From an uncultured Chloroflexia bacterium (lineage in GTDB: Bacteria > Chloroflexota > Chloroflexia > Thermomicrobiales > UBA6265), in the NCBI GenBank assembly GCA_963751075.1, contig CAVVTE010000013.1, forward strand, positions 610,773 through 674,772: a stretch of 64,000 nt of DNA. The letters run 5' to 3'. Shown here in pieces: positions 55,303 to 64,000 of the stretch; within the stretch, counting starts at the first letter, position 1, and every line of letters starts with the position of its first letter. A model generated the notes under the pieces. That model worked only from the letters and a program-made list of their open reading frames with translations, was not told where the DNA came from and did not search any database. The position numbers were made by a program, and so were the translations under genes.

Positions 55303-57975
55303 ATGGTGATGATGCTCACGCAGGTGGTGCCGACGGCGCTTGGGATGGCGCTGCTGCTTTGGATTGCGTTGGTTGCCTTGCGCGGAGCGTTGCTTGCCCT
55401 GCAATCCTCCGGTATCACCACTGCCGGTGAAGCGCAGCCGACCTTTACCACGCCCGAGACGCTTTGGGCCGCCGCCCTCGTCTACCTCGTGTGCTTCGAA
55501 GCGGCCGTGACAAGCCGTCGCTTCCGCCCCGCAGCCACCCTTCCCGTCACATTCGCCGTGGGCGGCCTTGTGGTGCTTGCTGGCGCCATCGGCACCGGCA
55601 CAGTCGTCTCCCTCATTGTTATCCTCGCCATGATTGCCCTGTCCTTACTCGTGGGCAGTGCCATCCTGCGTCGTCTACCGTCAATGCCGGACGCGCTAGT
55701 CGTGCGCGTGCCGATCGCCTTCGGGTTGGGCATTGGGCTGCTCGGTCTGTTCTTGTTCTTGATAGCCACGCTCAGGGTGCTCACTGCAGCCACCGTGCTT
55801 GGCTGTGCCATCGTCCTCTCGGTGTTCCTGCTGATTATCGACCGAGACCCACCTTGGCAAGGACATCGCGCGCCTCCGCTCCTGGCATCCCTCTCCGCCA
55901 ACGTGGCTGGAAACTGTGGTGATTGGCGTGACAGTGGGTTTCGTTGCCTTGGCGATGTTGGAGGTCTTCGCTCCAGAAACGGCTACGGACGCCATTTGGC
56001 AACACTTGCCGATCGCCCGAGATATTTGGCAGAGCGGGTCGGTGTCAGAGTTCCCGCTCATGGGGGTGTCACTCTCGCCGATCCAGGGTCACCTGTTGTA
56101 TGCGGTTGCCTACGGTTTCGGCGGAATGACGGCGGCAAAACTCGTCCACACCGCGCTGGGATTGGCCGCCATCGTCGGGGTTGCCGGCATCGGCTGGCTC
56201 ATCCAGGGTCGGATTGCCGCGGTGGTAGGCGCCGCGATCTTCGCCACCATGCCAGTGGTTGCGTGGGAACTTGGGCACGCATTTGTAGATTTCTTTCCAA
56301 TCCTTTTTACGGTCGTGGCCGTGCTCTGCATACTCCTCTGGCAGCGCGACGGCATGCTAGTCTGGCTGACCGTCGCCGGAGCACTGACCGGAGTTGGGTT
56401 TGCCGCCAAACTGAACATGGGGCTGGTGATAGTTGCTCTCGGCATTGCCATCTTGCTCGTCGGGAGAAGACCTTGGCAGTGGCGGGAGCGCGTTCTTGCG
56501 GTAGTCGTCTTCGGGCTGGGCGCCGCCGTGGTCGTCCTTCCCTGGCTCCTGCGCGGGTACGCCATCGCCGGCACCATACCGGGACTGAGCGCCTTTGTCG
56601 AGCGGATCTCCGGTGGCGCTCCAGGCGTAAACGTGGCGCCGAACCTCAGCACCTCGTTAGACCTCAAGATCCCGGTCGATCCCTACCCTGCCGGTGTGAC
56701 GGCAACCGACCTGGAATGAGCCTGGGATGGGCCATTCACCGCTCGACCTCTTGCGCACCCCCTGGAACATGACCTTTCACGGAGAAGAGTTTGGCTTCCC
56801 AGTCTATGGACGCGGTGAAGTTGGTATCGCATTGCTGCTGTTGCTGCCCTTGGCGCTCCTCGGCCCCGCGCACGCGCGCCATGGCGCTCCTGGTCGTTAC
56901 GATGGCCGTCTCATACCTCGCCTGGTGGCTCACCCCCTCGCAAATCTTACGCCACCTTCTGCCGACGCTGGCGATCGCCTCAGCACTGTCCGGCGGCGGG
57001 GTCGCAAGCATGGTAGATGCAGTGCGGCCCCGAACACGGCACGTGCTGGCAGTAACTGCTCCAGCCGCGGTCCTCGTTGGACTCGTCGCGGCCCCCTTCC
57101 TCTTTCTCCCCAACCAGAGAACTGATTTACCGATTGACCTGATCATAGGCAGAGAGACTGCTGACGAGTATGTCGCCCGAAAAGTGCGCGCTGGGGAAGC
57201 ACTCATGGCCGCTAGCGAAATGCTCCCACCCGACACGCCCATCGGGTACATCGGCTACTGGGCTGGGGCTCCACAGATCTATACCGAAGCGCGGTTAAAG
57301 TATTTTGGCCTGGAGTTCAGAGTCGACGCCGGTTTGCCGGACTACAACGGCCTCGTCAATCTCGGTGACACCGCCGAAGAAGTCCTCGCCAACCTCGATC
57401 GACTCGGCATCGAGTACATCATTTGGGATCGCGGACTGACCAACGCCGCGGACTGGCACTCAACCCTGCTCTCCACGGAGTTCCTGAGCAACCATACTCG
57501 CATCCTCGAGGGCGACAGAGGCGGCTACTTGTTCGAGATTCTTTCCGGTGAAGTCGAGCCCTGGGACTCCCGAAGCCCGAACCTCCTGGAAGATCCGGGA
57601 CTCGAGACAGTCGGGGACTACGGGCCATGGAGAACGACAGGGCAAGTAAAAGTACGAGGTGGCGTGGTTTCGATGCGCCTCGGGAGTTCGTTGTCTCAGA
57701 GGGTTGCGGTCTCTGAAAAGAGCCCCTACTTGCTGATCGTATCTGCCACCTGCAAAGATCTCAACGATCGTGCACTACTCACTTTCCGGTGGTTGGACAA
57801 CCGTGGCAAAACCCTCCTGGTAGATACGGAGACCGTGGTTCCAGGAACTGAAGGGAGCGACCAGTTCCTCTGGATCGAGCACCTGAGAAGCGACAGCAGT
57901 TTTCGCGGAAATGGCTTCCAGAAACTGCACGTTCGACGAAGCTGCCCTCTCATGCTGGGAACTGATTTTCCTTAG
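55303..57975 (+). pseudogene. GT-C fold membrane glycosyltransferase-like protein with a C-terminal CBM-like domain, paralogue 1, at least 3 frame changes
   Basis: Path: frame of ORF 55240 (from ATG 55303), then ORF 55916 (TDAIWQHLPIARDIWQSGS loop), then ORF 56727 (SPLDLLRTPWNMTFHG), then ORF 56791. Extra bases lie near 55843, 56713-56714 and 56862-56863. The C-terminus reads NLLEDPGLE...GPW...LTFRWLDNRGK, which is CBM4/9-like. A further shift is possible near 57885. Confidence 0.7.
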
Positions 57976-58538
57976 TTGCATGAGGATTCCCCATCGCCGT
58001 ACTGAAGTCAGGATCATCCCCAGGTCTTAGCACCGATTACCCGGGATGCCCGGGTGTACGGAGAGGACAACTCAAGGAGAGATGGGAATCGGCGGGTGCT
58101 GCACGAAGTGAGCCAAGGACCCAGTCACTTCACAGTCCGTACGCCTATCCTTTCAACCGACGGCTTGAATGAACAGGTTTGTTGGCGTTTTGGTATTACG
58201 CGCTCCAACGATTCCGCCCAAGGGGCCACCCAACTGTCGTACAGACCGAGCCGCCAACGCGGGATACCGAGCGCCCCCACAGGACGACCGAGCGATTTCT
58301 CTGTAGTGGCCCGGGAAGCCAATTGCCCAACGCGCTTTGAGTGGTGTGAACAACGAGGTCAATGTTGGTTGCATAGGTCATCGGGCTCTAATGGATCAAC
58401 TACGCGCTCACGTGGACAACTTAAGATAACTGCCGAAGTGGACTTGGAGGAGCAAGGACGGGGTTCAAGCGCACGATACCGTTGAACACGAGGGAATCCA
58501 GCGGATGCAATCGGGAGCACGCGCAGGCAACGATCGAC

Positions 58539-61470
58539 TCAAGAGAATCTGAGCGTGGTTCGGCGCATCCAGAGACATGGATTGCCCAAGACGACCCCAG
58601 CGAGCACGAGGAAACCCAGCAACGAAATCACCACGCCAATCCGGAAACTCGTGGGGTCATACGAAAACTGCACCCGATGTTGCCCGGCGGGGACGAAGAC
58701 GCTCCGGAATGCAATGTCGGTGGCGTAGATGGGAGTTTCCTCGCCGTTTACGGTAGCAGTCCAACCGGGATAGTCCGAGTCGGTCAATACCAGCAAGGAC
58801 GGAGTCTTGGTCTCCACCTCAAGGGTGACACGCTGGGCAGTGTACTCGGTGATGGTCGCTGTCCCTTCGCCTTTCGTCTTGAGTGCCGCAATCTGGGTGT
58901 CCGACACCCCTTCGACGACCGCGGTTTGGCTCGGATCGATCCCGTCCTCCTTCATCACCACAAGAGCTTGCTCCATGTCGTTGACCGAAACGACGTCCTG
59001 GACCAGGAACGCGCGTGGCAGCACATGAAGGTTCTCAAAGATCTGCGCTTCGTCGTCGTACGCCAACGTGTATTGCGAGGGTGCGAGTCGGATATCAGCC
59101 CAAACCGCCCAGTCGTTGGCCGCCGACGTAAGCGGCTTGGTCACGAAGGACAGCACGACATCCTGACCCGTAAAACGTGACAGGTCAACGCTGGCCTCAA
59201 TCCAGCGGCGATCAGCAGGGTCATTCTTCGGATCGATCTCCTGATGGTACACCCGCTTCGATTTTCCCGCGGTCTCGACATCGACCTCAAAACGAACACC
59301 GTCGCCCTTCTCCGGATCCCAAGTCTCCGGCATCATCCCCACGGCAAAGCGCAAGATTGAGTTCGTTGGCCCGATCTTTACGGGATAGCCGACTTTGGCA
59401 GGGGGGTGTTCAAACAACGCACGCCTCGTGATCCCTTCTATCGTGACGGGAACCACGGAAATGAGTTGGTCGGTCAATCCGGCTTCTATCCCTGCGTCAA
59501 GAATCTCATCCGTGATGAGGGGACCGCTCACGGTGAGCGCCGCTTGCGACCCCGGCTCCACGATGACATAGCGAGTGCCTGTTAGATCAAACCAGGGATT
59601 GTTCAAGATCAATGCATCTTTTTCCCCGTCCGGACCCGGGTACGACAGTCCGGTGAACTTTTCGATCACATTGGGACTGATGAACTGCTGGATGTAGGTC
59701 CGATAGCGATCCACAAGTAACGGGCTATAGGCACGGATATCTTGCAACCCAAACGCCGATGCGAAGTTAGGCATGAGCATCGCATCAGCTCCGAAGGTGC
59801 GAAAGTTGGACGTTTCCTGTTTCTCCTTTAGAAAGGTGACGTAAGGCGCTTCTACAAATCGTTCGTAGCGGTCCTGATAAATACCGTGAGGCGCGAGCAG
59901 GAAGAGTTCCCCTACTAACAAGACGCAGCACGACACGCCACGAAGTGCTCCAGAGCTTGTCGTGAGGAACTGGATCGTCAGCCAGACAGCGATGGCGAAA
60001 AGGACGGCGATGCCAATTGCGAAATAGACATGGGAACCCATATCCTGAATGATCGTGGACCAGTTTGCATAAATCCCTAACACGACTAGCACGCAGACGA
60101 CGGCGAGGGCAGATGCTGCGAGAGCAGGACGTATCCGACCGACCGTAAGCTGGTGGACTCCAACGCTGGCGAGCAATGCCAGACAAAACCCGACTACCGG
60201 AGCGAAATAGTACGGAATGCGGGTGACATTGAGACCGGGTAGACGTCCGAGCTCGTTAATACCCGGCACCCCAAACGATTTCGCTAGGAGAAGAGCGGCG
60301 GCGAGCGCGGCGAACGGCACGAGACGCCGGTAGAGCTCCGTTTGAGTACGGTAGAGACCGTAGATGGCGAGCACTAGCACCGTGACGCCTGCATACGTCG
60401 AGAAGTAGATTGGTTTGTTTGCGTAGACGGGCGGCCCATTCAAAAATGGCATGAACCAAAACACGAAGTCGGCAAGTGGAGCAGTTTCCCCCCCGAACGT
60501 TTCCCGGCCCGATCTTAATACGCCGGTCGATGAATGAGAGGAATGGGTGAGGAACTCGAAGAGGGGGAGCAGCAACGGGGCGGCAAGGGCTATGCCAACG
60601 AGCCAGGCTCCGGCGAGCAGGGCTACATGGGCGACCCATTCGCGGATGTTGTCCATTTGGTGGGCAAGGCCAAAGAGGCGATAAGCGCCGTATGCAGCGC
60701 ACAGGAGAAAGACACCCAGGGAAACTTCCGGCATGCCAATGTACAGATTGAGGCCGATCGGCCACCGCCGTTACCGCGAACCCCAGGCGTGGGCGATTCC
60801 CGAGAATGAGCTCCGTGCCAAGCAGGATCATTGGCAGGAGAAAATACGCTGGGATCCAGTGATTGTTCCCAAGCAGAATGAAGTGGCCTGAAAAGACGTA
60901 GGCGATGGCCAGGAAAAAGCGAGCCGGGACTGACAAGCCAACGCATCGCGCGAAGAGGTAGGTGGCAAGTCCACCCAGGATGGTCCGCGTCAGGTAGTAG
61001 AAGTCCCACGCCAACGCCGAGTTGTTCACAAGGAGCGGCAAGCGAAACAGATCGAAACCACCGGACTGCGGGTCGGCGAGCAGGGGCATGCCGAAGGCCT
61101 GGTTGTCGTTCCACAACGGGAACCGCCCGGACCAGAACTCCTCACCGACCTTACGGGTCAAGGGCTCAAAATGCCAAGTGGAATTTACTCTGTCCAGACT
61201 GTAAGGGTCGCTTCGGAACGGCTTTTCGTACCCGTAAGGACCCTGCGCCCCCATGACGCCTTCCACATGCAACGGAATCAGCGTACGACCCAGGAAGACG
61301 ATCTCAAAGTAGAAGAGACAGGTCACCGCGGTGAGGATTGCAATGACGATGAGCATCTCGCGACGCCAGTCATGCCACGCCATCATCCCATGTTCGTTGT
61401 CCTTCACCAACGGATCGTCGGCCACGTTAAGAGGGCGTCGTGGCATCTGTCCGTCACCTGTATGAGTCAT
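58539..61470 (-). pseudogene. YfhO-family membrane protein (GT-C-type glycosyltransferase), one frame change
   Basis: The N-part runs from ATG 61470 in the frame of ORF 60256..61620 (multi-TM, up to ...LGFAVTAV). The C-part is ORF 58539..60734 (AIGLNLYIGMPEV...). The C-terminal SDYPGWTATVNGEETPIYATDIAFRSVFVPAGQHRVQFSYDPTSF plus a final TM helix is typical of YfhO. The junction is near 60757. Confidence 0.75.
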
Positions 61471-62260
61471 GATGTCTCGTTTAGTGACAGAACCAATCCT
61501 ATTGGCTGACGAAAAAAAATCCGGAATCGCCTTGGCGAGCGAGTGCCACGCGTGCGCCAGCGGAGTCCGCGTAGTACGTTCGGACAACCTCAAGCGTACG
61601 CTCCTCTCCGAACAATGCACTGATATTCATCACGCCGCTCACACCAGACTTTCGACTCATCGGAGGGAGTACCCTCCCATAAGTATCGCGAACGGAACCC
61701 TAAGCCTGTGAATTAACCCCGCTAGAGCGCTTGCGCGAAGGCTCGTCGGGCCCACTATGAGCACGTGAGGCTCGTTTCCGGGTTGGCGCCGAACCCGCAT
61801 CATGTCTTGAGACGCTCAGGAATAACGTTGGCAGATGCAAACGCACCAAAACTCGGTGCCGGCTCAAGCCTGGGACCGAGAGCGAGCCGGCTCCGTCGGT
61901 ATGTGGGGACTCCACGAGCGGTTCTACCGCCAAGTTGACACTACTGGACACCGGAAGCGCCGGCAGAGCGATACCGTCCACTGCGGGCGAGCCAGGAGCC
62001 CCCCTTCGGTAGTATCCCAACCCGGCTAGTCCATCGCCAATACAACCGGATATCGCACGTAGCTATCAGAACACCCCGGGAGTTAAATCACAAGCTAACA
62101 GGCGAAACGGTCATTCGGGTGAGGGCAGAGGCACCGCGCTTCATTAAAGCTCACAAGGCTATCAAGGCTATCATCGTAGGATGACTGCTCGGACGACGCC
62201 CTGCACAAGAAGAGGTGTACGGTGATCGCGCGTGTCTTGGCCGACAGGCGTCAACCGTCA

Positions 62261-64000
62261 ATGGCTGTCCCTCAGCTATTCTCCGTGGCATTTGCGGTTG
62301 GCCTCCTGCTGTGGATGACGGTCGTTACCGTGCGCGGGGCGGTATTAGCCCTGCAGACGTTTGGAATCCCCGTTGCAGGCGAGGCGCAACCGAACTATTC
62401 CACATCTCAAATGGTGCAGGCGGGTGTCTTCGTCTATCTCGTCTCCTTCGTCGCTGCGCTCATCACCCGGAGTTTTCGAGCCCAGGCAACCCTGCCTGTC
62501 ACCTACGCCACCGGCGGTGTTGTGGTGCTCATCGGGGTGATCGGCACAGGTTCTGCCGGTTCCCTCGCGGTCGTCCTGGCCTTGTTTCTCATGGGCTGGC
62601 TGGTCGGTTACCTGCTGCTACGCCGGATGCTGCAATCCACCATTGCTCTGGTGGTTCGGCTACCCATTTTCACAGGCGTGGGCATCGGACTCCTCGGACT
62701 CCTTCTCCTGTTACTAGCCACGCTCAAAATCCTTACCCCCGCCACAGTCATCCTGACGGGTGGCGGAATCCTCATTGTCCTATTGGCGGTCGAACGCGAA
62801 CGCCTGGGTACCGATATCCGAGCATTGCGATCCTGGCGTCCAGGTACGCCGACGTGGTTCGAAACCATTGTGACCGGCATGGCAGTGGGTCTGATCGCGT
62901 TCGCGACGCTGGCGGCTTTCGTGCCGGAGAATCAGTCCGACGCCATCCGGCAACACCTGCCCATCGCGCGAGAGATTTGGCAAACCGGGTCGGTCGGCGA
63001 GTTCGCGCCTATGAGTGTGTCCCGCACGCCGATCCAGGGTCACCTGCTATTCGCGGTAGCGTACGGGTTCGGCGGGATTCCGGCGGCCAAGCTCGTCCAT
63101 ACGTTCTTGGGGTTGGTGGGAATCATTGGTGTCGCGGGGATCGGCTGGTTGGTCTCCGGGCGAATGGCCGCTCTCGTCAGCGGCGTCATCTTCGCCACGA
63201 TGCCGATCGTTCTGTGGGAGCTTGGGCACGCATATTTGGACCTGTTACCCGTCTTTTTCACCGTGGTGGCCGTCCTCTGTGTGATGCTCTGGCAGCGCGA
63301 CGGCGTCCCGGCATGGCTCATCGTTGCCGGAGCGATGGTGGGGATTGGGTTTGCCGGGAAACTGTCAACGATCTTCATGGTGGTCGCGTTGAGCGTAGGC
63401 ATCTTCCTCATCGGCCGCATGCCATTTCAGATTCGTGACCGCATTACCACTTCATTGATGTTCGGGTTGGCGGCGATGATTGTCGTCGTTCCCTGGCTAA
63501 TTCGTGGATACGGGATCTCGGGAACATTCCCGGGCCAGGACCTCGTTGTTCACCAAATTACCGACATCGTCAGTCCCGCAGCCCCTTCATTTCCAGCCGC
63601 TGCTGTCGCCATGGAACCAGCGCCACCCCAATTGGGGGATCATCGGGCTTGGCCGCGCGCCGCTCCCGGTCGGTCGTTCACCACTCGCTCTTCTGACCAC
63701 TCCATGGCACATGACATTCCACGGCGAGATCTATCACTCAGAAGGCACCGGAGATGTTGGCATCGGGTTGCTGATGCTCCTCCCTTTGGCGCTCCTCGCC
63801 CCCCGCACTCGAACCCTGGCGTTGCTGGCTGTGACGGCGGGTGTGTCCTACGTCGGATGGTGGTTCAGTCCTCAAATCACGCGGCACCTCCTGCCGACAC
63901 TGGCGATCGCCGCGGCGCTGGCCGGCGTCGGCGTTGCCAGCGTCGGCGAGATGGCAGCGTCAGGTGCGCGGCGGGTGCTTGCGACCGCGGTGCCGGTGGG
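62261..64000 (+). pseudogene. GT-C fold membrane glycosyltransferase-like protein, paralogue 2, 3' end beyond the window, one frame change in a G5 run
   Basis: This ORF is not in the ORF track because it has no stop in the window. From ATG 62261 (or GTG 62222) it reads MAVPQLFSVAFAVGLLLW...SDAIRQHLPIAREIWQTGS...WQRDGVPAWLIVAGA...PPQLG. After G5 63634-63638 it continues IIGLGRAPLPVGRSPLALLTTPWHMTFHG...LLPTLAIAAALAG in the next frame. It is collinear with 55303-57100. Confidence 0.75.

Noticed and set aside
55240-56772. 510-aa ORF taken as a single protein
   Set aside because: Only about the first 180 codons after ATG 55303 look real (TM helices). After about 55843 the translation becomes Arg/Gly-rich, while the next frame carries the conserved GT-C sequence.
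62215-63438. 407-aa plus-strand ORF listed in the track
   Set aside because: It is the wrong frame of GT-C paralogue 2. The neighbouring frame gives a hydrophobic protein collinear with paralogue 1.
8093-63638. Phase variation of surface-glycan genes through homopolymer slippage
   Set aside because: The runs involved are only 2-6 nt, shorter than typical contingency tracts. The same kind of lesion also hits housekeeping folate genes. Technical over-calling or simple decay explains the pattern better.

Overview
High-GC bacterial chromosomal window (by eye over 60% G+C; the DnaK and glycan-gene sequences look Chloroflexi/Thermomicrobia-like, a weak guess). Bases 1-8400 hold housekeeping genes: the 3' part of dnaK, an MlrC-like peptidase, a BKACE-family enzyme, a histidine-kinase relic, a lone AAA ATPase and a minus-strand folB-folE-folP-folK operon. 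From about 8.5 kb to the right edge there is one very large cell-surface glycan locus. It contains about nine GT2/GT4 glycosyltransferases, a WecA/MraY-type initiating transferase, two Wzx-type flippases and sugar-nucleotide dehydrogenase, epimerase and decarboxylase genes. It also contains an AsnB-type amidotransferase, a CsaB-type pyruvyl transferase, a NodB-type deacetylase, a split transketolase, about ten SAM-dependent methyltransferases and a GtrB/CsbB-like polyprenyl-phosphate glycosyltransferase. Four genes encode GT-C-fold membrane proteins: one in an AT-rich island, one YfhO-like, and two paralogues with an Emb-like C-terminal carbohydrate-binding-type domain. There is one 861-bp IS5-family element. 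I saw no rRNA, intact tRNA or CRISPR array. The dominant unusual property is gene integrity. About half of the genes are split over two or more reading frames, some six times, while about 26 kb of other coding sequence is clean, including eight consecutive genes at 41.6-51.0 kb. Most frame changes correspond to one extra base, often extending a short G or C run, which suggests base over-calling. Genuine decay is also present: gene relics, an in-frame stop, internal deletions and a duplicated gene fragment. Other points are a 1.1-kb direct duplication of a GT2 gene whose copies need frame changes in the same two short windows, two low-GC islands, a 29-bp tandem duplication over a start codon, and a long ORF running off the right edge that the ORF track omits. 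All calls come from reading motifs by eye; no searches were run.
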